Of a DNA stretch of 64,000 bases, positions 53,115-64,000 are shown piece by piece (the stretch's first letter is position 1; each line of letters begins with the position of its first letter). Source of the DNA: Felis catus (lineage: Eukaryota); contig NC_058373.1 in assembly GCF_018350175.1 (NCBI RefSeq), forward strand, positions 108,502,001-108,566,000, in the 5' to 3' direction. The position numbers were made by a program, and so were the translations under genes. The notes under the pieces were generated by a model, which was not told where the DNA came from, searched no databases, and worked only from the letters and a program-made list of their open reading frames with translations.

Positions 53115-54012
53115 GGTGCCTTATTAAGTGGGGGGAGGGGGAGGTCATGAGCATGTGGCAGTTGCTTTATGTCCCTCGATTGCAGAGGCCTCATTTTAAA
53201 AGCATATGGTTATATTTCTTCAGCAGTTTGCTTTCAACACAAAATTTGCTTAAGTATTTGGAAGACAGTCCTAATCTTCTGGCAAGTTCTCTTCACTAAA
53301 TTTGGCCTCAAAATGGTTTTTAGGTCGCATGAGTCAGAAGAACATGTGACAGAACTCACTCTAGTTTAGGCCTTATTCAAACAATGTAAGTATCAATCTC
53401 AGAGTCAAAGGTAATTTCCCATTAGACTAGAATGGCAACAGATGTCCCCATCAGTTCTCCAGAGATTTGCTAGGGGGAGGAGAGGTGGAACACACAAGGA
53501 AGGTAGATTTCTTCTCTTTCTCTTGGGAGCTGGTATTTATTAATCAATTTTGCGAACCAATGATTGTGAAGTTCCCTATAACCCATTGACTTAGGTGGGA
53601 CATCAAAGCCCAAGTGTAAGGTATTTCCAAGAACACAACATTTTTCGTGTATATCCAGCAAGATGATGGATTGATGAAATATATAGTTATTTGAGCAACC
53701 CAGGAACAACCAACCCATATAAATAAAAGAGACTTATGTGTGTGTTAGAAACTTAAGCACATACAGATGGACACATCTAAGATGGTAACATAAAGATCCA
53801 GTTGATCTCTTCCAGGAGTCAAAAAACAACCTTATATAGTATATAAGGGCATCAGACAGTTTCCAGTATATATTTGGTGGTAATGAATCATGTTGTCCAA
53901 GTGACTCTTAGCTTTTTCTTTCATAAATAAATGCATTTTTTCCACTTGTGCTCTATTTGTGAACCCAAAAGTAGATGGTTATATTTTTCTTTCCTATTTG
54001 AAAGTTTATGGA

Positions 54013-54054
<42 letters not shown>

Positions 54055-54063
54055 ACACACACA
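54013..54063. repeat. (CA)n microsatellite
   Basis: Direct reading. Confidence 0.95.
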
Positions 54064-54149
54064 AATATATACACGCAAACCACAGATTGCAGGTAGATGG
54101 GGTTTTTAAAAACCTATTAAGAAGTGAAAGAAATGAAAGAAAGGGTGGC

Positions 54150-54290
54150 ATCGGGCTCTTTGCTGACAGTTCAGAGCCTGGAGCCTGCTTCAGATTCTGT
54201 CTCCCTCTGTCTGCCTCTCTCCCACTCCCACTCTGTCTTTCTCTCTCTCAAAAATGAATAAACATTAAAACATTTTAAATAAAAAAAGTA
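54150..54290 (+). mobile_element. 5'-truncated SINEC
   Basis: Starts mid-body (catcgggctctttgctgacag); TSD aaagaaagggt. Confidence 0.85.
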
Positions 54291-55332
54291 AAAGAAAGGG
54301 TAACTTAGAATGCTTCTCTCAGGAAGCTTGGAATCTACATGAGAATTTCAAGCCATATTGAGAAGCATGAATATAGTGGAGTTGTTGAGTAAGGACAACT
54401 TTAACCTCAAAACAAAGACCCACCACAAAACAGGTTTTTTTCATCTTTTTTCCTGTTCCCTGTTCCTGACATTATATCTCCCCATCATTCTACCCTACCT
54501 CCAGCCCAAGTCCTCTATTTGTGACCTGATTGCTATCCCCAAAATTAATACACATGGCAAGCTCTACCAAGACAAATATTTATAAAGCCTTAGTTAAATC
54601 ATCCCAGCCCCATGTCTTCATATTGTGACTATTTTCATAAAATTCTTTGATATGAGTCTTCTGAGTTAAATATATATTCCATAATGTGAGACCCACTCCC
54701 AAACTTTCACTTATCTGGAAGATACTTTTGCTATGGCCCCATGAGTTTTATAAGTAGAAATATTTGTAAACAGTGCTGTATAAACACAAATTATATTGAA
54801 TTACCATGACTCCTCTCAAGGGAAAAGAAGTCCTATCAATCTATTTCCTATGTTCATATGGACAAGTAGAATATAGCACCACTTTGACCAACTGTAGTTG
54901 TAGTTATTTCTATAGTTTATGAGGAAGCCAAATATGGAAGTTTTATATACACACATATATGTCTTATATTTCCTTCTCATCAATTTGTGATACAAAATAG
55001 TTGACAATTTTTTATTTATCAGATTAAGACAACCTCACCCTCACCTGACCTCATTGGTAGGTCTTTCTGGTCTTTCTCCTAGGAAAATCCTTCCCAAGGT
55101 GCTCCAGGCCATTTCCACTGGTCACCAGCCAGCTGTGGCCTGTCAGAAGAGAGGGGGACCTCGTAGAGTGGCTCATTTTGCCATCAAAGGATGTAGTGAC
55201 TCAAGTGTCAACATGGTGTCCTTGTGGAAACGAGGAACACCTGGGTTTGTAGTTACTGTGAAAGGGGAAACTGTCTCCTTACAATGGAACCTTATCCTGA
55301 CTGCCCTATTTTTATAAAAGACACATAGGCTA

Positions 55333-55494
55333 GGGGCCCCTGGGTGGCTCAGCTGGTGAAGTGTCCAACTTTTGATTTTGGCTTAGGTTGTGATCCCAGG
55401 GTTGTGGGAGGAAGCCCTGCATCAGGCTCTGCACTGAGTGTGGAGTCTGTTTGGGATTCTTTCTCTCTTCCTCTGCCCTTCTTCCCTGCTTGTG

Positions 55495-55531
<37 letters not shown>

Positions 55532-55543
55532 AAAAAAAAAAAA
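55333..55543 (+). mobile_element. SINEC (older subfamily)
   Basis: GGGGCCCCTGGGTGGCTCAG head, (CT)n, poly-A. Confidence 0.9.
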
Positions 55544-56626
55544 CCACATAAGCTAAACTCCTCATGTGGAACTCTCCAAGGAAATGTTCACCATTGACAT
55601 TAAATAATTGAGAGACTAAATGCACCAGCAACGGTTGTCTCTGTTTAGCTTTCAAAATAAGCCAACTCTAAACTCTTCTTTCTGCTGTAGTTAATAGGCT
55701 ATTAGGAACTAGAAAAAAAATATAAAACACTAAATAGTTCACTGTCTCTGATTTGAATTATGTCCACTTTCCTGGATCCCTGCATAATTACATGGAATTG
55801 AATTGATGTAGTTTGCACAGATGGAGAGAGCTTTCTGCCTGGGGGTAAGAAACAGTCATGTTGTGGGGAGGCAGAATCACAGAAGCAACCTGGAAAGTGG
55901 GTATGAATGCACCAGGGACTTAAATATCTATTTCCATATTTAGAAGAAAAGGATCCTGGGCATGGGTCCAAAAACTTAGTGTTGTTTTTCCTTCTTTGAA
56001 TTTGCTCTAAGAGTGTGAGTCCCTTTCAGACAAATGGGCTGGAATGATTGCTTCTCTCGCTTGTGTACTTCACAATTTATTTTCATTGGCTTGATTTCTT
56101 TTGAAGAAACTTGTATGTTTCTTTATGTACTGCTGGCCTGCTGCTTTATAAACTTGTGTCTTATAAAAAGAACGAAACCCTAGGCTTAATGGTTCTGCAT
56201 ATGTAGGTTGATGTTACCTAGGGGAAGCCCAAATGAAGATTACAGTATTGGAAGAATGCTCCCAGGCAAGGTGAGAAAATGTACATTTTATATATAAATT
56301 ATGAAATCAGTTCGTTAATGGGTCTAGCCTTTTCTCTCATATCTAGTACCTTCCACAACAACTCAGCTTATAGGGTAGATATTGACTTTTAATCTTAGAG
56401 TCCCAGTCCAACTCTATAGGAAACACTTATCACATTAAATATTTTGCTTTTGTGGGTATCTTTCGTTGCTTGGATAATGAGAAGCTATTTCAAAAATTTG
56501 GGTTCCTGCATTTTTGCTTACTGCCACCAATGGATCTCAGAGATTTGCTTCTCTTAGCTAGCTATTGAGTAAATGAAACCAGTTGAGAGCTACCTGGGAT
56601 ACTGAGGTTTTAAAGATACTATCCTT

Positions 56627-56848
56627 GGGGCACCTGGGTGGCGCAGTCGGTTAAGCGTCCGACTTCAGCCAGGTCACGATCTCGCGGTCCGTGAGTTCGA
56701 GCCCCGCGTCGGGCTCTGGGCTGATGGCTCTGGCTCAGAGCCTGGAGCCTGTTTCCGATTCTGTGTCTCCCTCTCTCTCTCTGCCCCTCCCCCGTTCATG
56801 CTCTGTCTCTCTCTGTCCCAAAAATAAATAAATGTTGAAAAAAAAATT
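56627..56848 (+). mobile_element. SINEC (very young)
   Basis: Near-consensus CpG-rich body with a 6-nt duplication TGGCTC; TSD AAAGATACTATCCT. Confidence 0.95.
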
Positions 56849-57502
56849 AAAGATACTATCCTGCCCTGTAGGCAAAAATATAGAAGGGATAATAAAAATA
56901 CATCCCAGATTCTAAGTCAAAATAGGTTTACCTAAATTGCATGGAAAATACAGGATTGTCCTGTGAGAGAATGAGGAGATACCATCTAGTTGGGAAGAAC
57001 AGGCAGGTATTAATGAACAAGTAGAGCTCAAAAACAACTCTGAAGAAAAGGTAAACTTTTAATAGGCAGAAGAAGGGGGTCAATGACCAAAGGGACAGAA
57101 CTAGGAATTTGGGGGTATGATTGGGGGACAATCTGTAGACTGGATTAGCTGAAACAAGGGAAGCAATGAAACATGAGATTATGAAATGATTAGGGGGCAT
57201 TTTGTGGAGGGTTTTGAGCATCAGGCTTAGGCATTTGAATACTCTTTGGTGTAATGGGGAATGATTGATGGTTTTTTGGTGGCACTTTGGGACAGTTAGT
57301 CTTGTAGTAGTTTATTTGATGGATTGGAACAAGGAAACAGAATAGATGGGGGATACGTGAGGTAAGGCGCTTGGTAGATAAAGAAATAATGTGGTAAGTG
57401 GAAGTGGCAAGATAGTTATGACAGACATTGCAGAGACGTGGTAAATGTTTGGATATGGAGGGTGAGGGATAATGAATGAAAGGTAACTATAAGGTCTAGC
57501 CC

Positions 57503-57802
57503 TGCATTGTCCAATATGGTGGCCACAGCCACATGTAGCTAGTAATCACTTCAACTATAGCTAGTCTAAATCGACATGTAAGTGTAAAATATACTCTGGA
57601 CTTCTAATAATTTTTCACCAAAGAATGTACATATCTCGTTAATTTTTATATTGATTACACGTTAAAATGCTGACATTTTATATATTTTGGGTTAAATACA
57701 ACATTTAAAGATTAATAACATGTTTCTTTAAAAACTTTTAATGTGACTAGTAGAAAATGTAAAATTATATGTGTGGCTCACATATTTCTCTTGGGCAGTA
57801 CT
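57503..57802. mobile_element. MER33/MER3-like hAT DNA transposon
   Basis: ttgtccaatatggtggccacagccacatgt start and gtggctcacatatttctcttgggcagtact end. Confidence 0.75.
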
Positions 57803-58699
57803 TGTTTAGACTCTAAAGAACTAGGAAAATGGTGGACTATCTATGGACATAGAGGAAAGAGGAGCAGGAGCTAGTTGAGAGGGAGAAATCACCAACTCAG
57901 ATTTTAACATTTTAGTTTGGAGTGAATCATTGAAGTGAAGTGTCAAGCCGTTGAAAATACAAATGTGGCATTAAGAGAGGGTTGAGTGGTCAATTGCTAA
58001 ATCTTCCAGAACTACCAAGAATGACTCAAAAGAACGATTATCATTTTGAGTATATAACAAATAATTTATCCATCCTGGCATACCTCTTAAGATTCAATAT
58101 GGCATATGTGGACCTCTTTGACCTTCCATATGGGCCTTTATCCTTACAAAATTCTCTTTAGTTTCAAATTCTTACAGAAAGAAATGATGTACAAAGTGCT
58201 GGGGACTTAGGACGGTGGGAGAGGGCAGTGTGCAGTGCGGTGTGCTTACACAGCTATATCCAAACTGATTGCTTGGGTGTGGCAATGTGAGCACTGACAC
58301 TAAGAAAAAAACAACACATATGCTTTGGAGCATTCGGGAGGAAGCAAAGATGTTCTTTATGATATTATAATCTGATTTGTGGCCATAAAACACCACCAGA
58401 CAGTGAGATTCTTCTTTGGTCCCAGTATATCTAGAGCATACCCAGGAGATGCTCCATATACTTTGATCCAATATTGTCTGTTCATTAAGGTGTCTCAGAA
58501 TCCTCCACTGGATAGACTGTCTTTTTCACTTGAGCCTCTTTCTATTTGTCCTCATTGTCTGCCTTTTCTTAAACTGCTTAATTACGTGTCTCTTTTCTCC
58601 CCTAGACATACAGAAACCACATATTTATCTTTATCTCCCCCAAAGTGCTCAATTTTCCTTCATTCAGCCAGTGCTATGGTGAATGAATAAACATTTAAA

Positions 58700-59200
58700 T
58701 AGTTACCACTTGTTGAGTGTTTACTATATTCTGGGCACTGAACTAAATGCTTTGTAAGTACTTAATTTCCTTCTCACCCACCCTATGGGTTACATTTTAT
58801 TATCTCTCAATTTACATACAAGGGAGCTGAGGCACAGAGAATTTAAGAAACCTCTCTAATGCCATCCATGTGGTACATTGTAGAGCCAAAATTGGAACTC
58901 CTGTGGTCTGACTCCAAAGACTCCAACATGAGTGAAGATGTATGTTAGTTCTTAGGAAAATATTTTTCAGAGTCAGACAGACACAATACCAAGTCTTAGT
59001 TCCACTACTTATACCTGCAGAGACTTGAGGAAGTTCCTCTCCAAGCTTTCTTTCCACTTGATTTTCTTCTATCTAGAGTAGGAGAACTGATTTCCCATAA
59101 CTCTAAGGTTTATTATGTGAGTTACATGAATTAATGCATGCACAACATTTATTACCATGCCTGACTTAAGGTCTATGCTCAAGAAATTTTAGCGATGTAA
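58700..59200. mobile_element. Two MIR fragments in opposite orientations
   Basis: ctgaggcacagagaatttaag and ccactacttat...ttgaggaagttcctct MIR cores. Confidence 0.6.
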
Positions 59201-61641
59201 AATAAATAATCATGTAAGATAAAAATGCCAATGCATTAACACAATTAAGTAAATTTGATACTAATTCAGAAACCATGAGAAATCTTTAGTGTTCCATTTA
59301 TCCTGGGTTCCCCACTTCTTTCAAAATGGCTTCATATAAAATGGTTACAAATAAATAATTCTGATGCTTCTAATGACAGTTCTCAAAGTATGAACTAGTT
59401 CTTCTCCACGAATGGTGCTTTGTTCCATGCCAATGTGTATAAATTAATCATCTGTGGGGAAGGGGGTGTTCACAGACCAGGCCTTCCTTCCTTCCAAGGA
59501 CAGGCTAAAGAAACCTAAGACACGTACACACACGCATCACAAATGAATTGAGCGCAACTGGTGCTGGGGTAAAAAAAGCAAAGCGTGGCTACAATATTTG
59601 TACTATATATTTCACAGGCCATGTTCCTAGGAGCTAAGTGATACCCACACCACACAGCCACAACTACAGGCTTTCCAAGCACAAAGCCTCCTCCCCACAA
59701 AGGATTCCAGTCAGAAAGAGAATCTGCTTCCATACTGGTAGCCAGAAGCCTGAGTAAGGGCCCTTCCCCAAGCTTAGCAGTGTTTTCAAACACACTCAAC
59801 CGCCAGATGGCTATTGGTCTCATTCACAGGAATTTGGTATGATCACCAAGGTAAGGTGTCCAATTTTTAATTCCCACTCTGATAGTTCAACTTGAGAGGA
59901 AATAAATACAGCTAGGCAAGTTGGCAGCAAATCAGAACTTCAAAGCCATGTGTTCAAAAGTACATTATTGACAGGTCGCAGTTTAAACTAGGAGGAGAGT
60001 TTTTTCTACAGCTTTGAGAATTGTGGAGGCCAGATAGACAGTTGGAAGGCATCTTGCTTAGTTTTCTCATTTTATACAGAGAACAGAACCCAAGAAGGTA
60101 AGTGATTCAGGATTGAAATGTCATTTGAAACCAGAAATTTCAACACCTTACCAGATCTGAACATGTTTAAAAATTATAATCATCTATTTTGCTGATAACA
60201 TTATCATTAATGAATGCCAAAGAATTTAAGGATTAAGTTTCAATATTAAATCTATTTTATAGCCATGTAACTCCTTGTAATCAGTGATTTTTATGTTTCC
60301 TTCTCTAGACTGTGAAGTACCCAAGAGAAAGACTGTCCTTTGTTCGTCTGTTTTTTTTATCCTCAGGAACTAAATAAGTGTTTCTTGAATGAATAAATGA
60401 ATAGACCTGAATCCATCTGTAACATTTCCTTTGCAGAGCACTTCACACAAAGTGAAACTCAGGTAGGCCTCTACTTAATTAGGAGGGTGACAGGGAAAGT
60501 AGGCCCTTGGAACAAAAGGCACAATACCTGTTCAGTAAATTTGAGTCAAAAGAATCAATGTTGCAAATGAAAAGCTAACATGCAAGTGAAACTTGCCTGC
60601 TTCTAGCTTCTACCAAGTTAGAAGTCTGCTAAACGGATGTGGATGCTAAAATGGAGCACAATGACAAATGCATGCTCTGCTAGAAGAGAGGCTTTCAGGG
60701 CAAGGTAAACAGATCTAATTCCCAGTCTCTCTGGGCATCATCATGTAGAACAGCTGGTGCCAATGTGGCCAGAAAGAGCAAATCTTCGAGCAGGAAAATA
60801 GATGTATTATGCCAAAATTAAATGAGTAAAGGAGGTGAGAGTATTATACTCTAATTTTTGAGTACGTTGCAAAAAAAAAATCATATTAATAGATGGAAGG
60901 GATTAAGCTTAAGACTGTGCTTTCATCCAGAGCTAGGAAAGACTTCAAAGAAAAGGGTTTTAGGTACAATCCATTAAAATAGAAGTAGCCAAATGATGGA
61001 TTGCTCAGTCAGAACATTGAAAGTCGGTTGGAAGGAAATATACAATTTGGCGTTCTTAATTTCAAACCCAGGACTCAGTTCATTGCCCTTACAATTAGAC
61101 TCTGGTATTATATACTTGACTTTTGAGGTTAGCATTTAACACATTAAAAAAAGCAATACATGGGTAAGGATTCTTTTTCCGTCACATGACAGAAACCCAA
61201 CTGGTTTAGGCCACAGGTCTAATTCTGCATACATAAAGGGACACTGCTGGATTCAGGGAGCTTCTCTCCCTCCAGTGCCTGATTCTGGCAAATGAAAGGA
61301 ACTGTTTCTCCATTTGCTTTTTTAGAAAGTTTGCTTTGAAAGTCAATGTTGGACAATTCGTTCATTGTTCTTGGCCATGTCTATCCTTCTTCTGAAGCAC
61401 TGAATGCCTCAGCTTCAGTGTTTGGAAAAAGAATTTCTGCAAATAAAAAAGACATCTGGTAATATTTCAGAAACATTATGTTATTACACTAATTTTTAAC
61501 AGACTCTCTGCTGATTTGCAAGCCCAAATGGAACAAAAATGTTTTGCTAGCAGCAATTAGTATTATTCATAACATATGTGTAATTTCAGTGACTTCAATA
61601 TATATTCATAGTATTTATGTGTATTTAAAATACTAACTCCT

Positions 61642-61740
61642 GGGGCACCTAGCTGGCCCGATTGGTGGAGCATGCAACTCTTGATCTTAGGAGATGTGAG
61701 TTCGAGCCCCATGCTGGGCATAGAGATTACTTAAAAAATA
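61642..61740 (+). mobile_element. Short tRNA-like SINEC
   Basis: ggggcacctagctggc...gagttcgagcccc...tagagattacttaaaaaataaa. Confidence 0.8.
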
Positions 61741-63100
61741 AAGTATTAACAAAAATACTAAATATCTCTTATTTGAGGTTGAATTTATCTTAATTTTTCT
61801 TTGGAGCATATCAAGTAACTGTCAACTTCAAGAGTTTTTAATCTCAATAGATTCTTGACAGATCTCTATAAGCCTATATGAATAATAAAACTGAATTTTG
61901 AGGAGACATGGTAAGGTAGAAACTTCTGAGTTGAAATGTACATATCAAGGGTTCTTTGACTTAGTTCCTACTTTTCTTTGCAGTGTCTGTTCCAAAGGCA
62001 CAGTCAGCCCCATCTTCCTACAATACCATCCTCTGCCCACCCCACCACGACACACAGAAAGACCAAGAACTGAAAATACCCTTAAAAGTAAGCTATAGCA
62101 TATCTGGTTCCAGCTTCTGGGAATATTTTCTATTATTCAAGAAAAATGGGGCTGAAGTGACTATCGACACTATCTATTTTGCCATCTGGAACTTAAACCC
62201 ATCATCAGCCCTTTCTCACTGTCTACCTTTTCTGATTAGGGTTGTTATGCCCCTATATAAGCATGTTGCTCTCCCCTCTTATGTCCACCTGTGTCATTAA
62301 TCCTTGTTTTTATGCATGATTTAGATACTGAAACTTCTAGAAAACAGGACAAGAAATGAGCATTTGGGTATAGGGAGGTGACATAGAGTTTTGCTTTGTA
62401 TTATTGGAGATACAGTCTCAATATGTACAAAGGCTTTATTGGAGGGGAGGCCAAAACAAAAGTAATTCCAATACTTTGATGGTCCACAATATCAAAGAAT
62501 CAAGTAGCAGAAATAGGAAGTGATTAATGATTTCACTAAAATCCAGAAGAGACATAATAGAAGATTATCTCTAAGCCCTGGAAATTGAGTTAAATGCTGT
62601 GTACATCAATATGCCCTCTAACTATAATAAGCTGTACTAAAGCTAAACCACAATCCTAGTGTATTGGCAAACATAGATGTATGTTTCTTCATTCCATGAG
62701 GAGTAAAATGAAAAACAAGAACAGACCTCAATGATAGCTGGGGTATTGCTCAACATGCAAAACTATTTCAGAATAAAAGTAATGTTATGTGACCATTATA
62801 ACTCAGAGGAATAGAAATATTGTTAAATGATTAACCCTTAAGCTAGAAAAAGATTTAGAAAAAAAACAGAGTCTACAATAACATTTATAAAGCTATGACA
62901 TCTATAAAACAGGAACAGAAAGCTATAAAAAGAGAACAAGTTGTACAGAAAAGATGATCAGATGAACTTAAAAGTCAACAGTTCGAGATGAAGATGAAGC
63001 TGGATGGGAAGAGAAAAGATTACATAGCAATTAAAAATACAGAGCAGACTAAAATCCATATTGGAAAAAGAGCAGAATGTCGATTTAAAATCAATAATGG

Positions 63101-63325
63101 GGGGCACCTGGGTGGCTCAATAGGTTAAGGTCTGACTTCAGTTCAGGTCATGACCTCGTGGTCCATGAGTTTGAGTCCCTCATCAGGCTCTGTACTGACA
63201 GCTCAGAGCCTGGATCCTGCTTTGGATTCTGTGTTTCCCTCTCTCTCTGCCCCTCCCCTGCTCATGCTCTGTTTCTCCCTCTCTCTCTCAAAAGTGAATT
63301 AAAACAGTAAAAAAAATGTTTAAAA
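63101..63325 (+). mobile_element. SINEC
   Basis: SINEC head and tail; TSD aaaatcaataatggg. Confidence 0.93.
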
Positions 63326-63757
63326 TCAATAATGGGAATGGTAATATGAAGGCAAATTTAATAAATTTTTTCCCATAATGCAGAGGCAAAAATTAAAGAG
63401 TTTTAAATATTGTGAAAAGAGTGTTGATAGAGGACATACAGTGAAGAGAAAGGCTTTAAAATGTAGATATTTAAGTGAGGAATAAATAGTTGAATAGAAG
63501 TGATAGTAAAAGATATCACTGAAAAAATACTTCTCAGCATACGGCTTAAAAGGGCTCATTATGTTTGAGGAAAAGTTGACAAAATTCCAAATCATGGAAA
63601 GATGTTTCATTATATAGATAAATAAAATTATCATAAGCATTCAGACATGAAATATAAAGGCATATAAAAGACTACAAATCAGCAAAGTATAATGCCAGAA
63701 GGTAGTAAAGCATTGTATACAGAGTATTGAGACAAGAACTTCATAAGTCACAAATTC

Positions 63758-63938
63758 TTTTTAAATGTTTATTTATTTATTTTGATGGGGGGCAGAGAGA
63801 GAGGGAGAGAGAATCCCAAGTAGGCTCCCCACTCAGCATAGACCCTGATGTGGCGCTCAGTCCTACGACTGCAAGATCATGACCTGAGACAATTATCAAG
63901 AGTTGGACGCTTAACTGATTGAGCCACTCAGGCACCCC
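63758..63938 (-). mobile_element. SINEC
   Basis: Reverse SINEC ending caggcacccc; flanking tcataagtca repeat. Confidence 0.9.
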
Positions 63939-64000
63939 TCATAAGTCAAGAATTTTAAATGTGAATTAGGTTGGTGGTCAAGTAAAAGAGATATAAACAT

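Larger units (their letters stand above)
62600..64000 (+). mobile_element. Ancient L1 5'/ORF1 remnant interrupted by SINECs
   Basis: A-rich plus strand with ORF1-like remnants (ttaaaagggctcat, aatgccagaaggtagt). Confidence 0.45.

Noticed and set aside
61642..61740. tRNA gene-like A/B boxes here and in other SINE heads
   Set aside because: tRNA-derived SINEC with an A tail, not a full cloverleaf.
1..64000. Prokaryotic systems (CRISPR arrays, operons, defence loci)
   Set aside because: The sequence is mammalian; no repeat-spacer arrays or dense ORFs.

Overview
Mammalian (felid) genomic DNA; the cat-type carnivore SINEC elements and L1 point to Felidae. The left half holds the last two coding exons of SYT16 (2435-2624 and 19369-19682, + strand; C2B domain) and a probable very long 3' UTR to about 31.4 kb. 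A CpG-island promoter with RFX X-boxes and a CCAAT box at about 35.7-36.4 kb appears to drive a second + strand gene. Its exons at 46405-46521, 46805-46920 and 47030-47404 encode a clear SERTAD4 paralog with a KRKY-EEED motif and a SERTA domain. From recalled synteny, SYT16-[this gene]-KCNH5 mirrors SYT14-SERTAD4-KCNH1, so this looks like a little-known ohnolog at the position where human annotates only a lncRNA (LINC00643, from memory). The SERTA exons are open, but the inferred first coding exon has an in-frame TAG; a strong alternative acceptor at 46710 could bypass it. The SYT16 intron also holds a young L1 with a 3' transduction nested in an ancient L1, and a twin-primed L1 with a fold-back palindrome. 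The rest is SINEC, MIR, L2, MLT1 and MER repeats and microsatellites. All homology and synteny calls are by eye and from memory; no searches were run.
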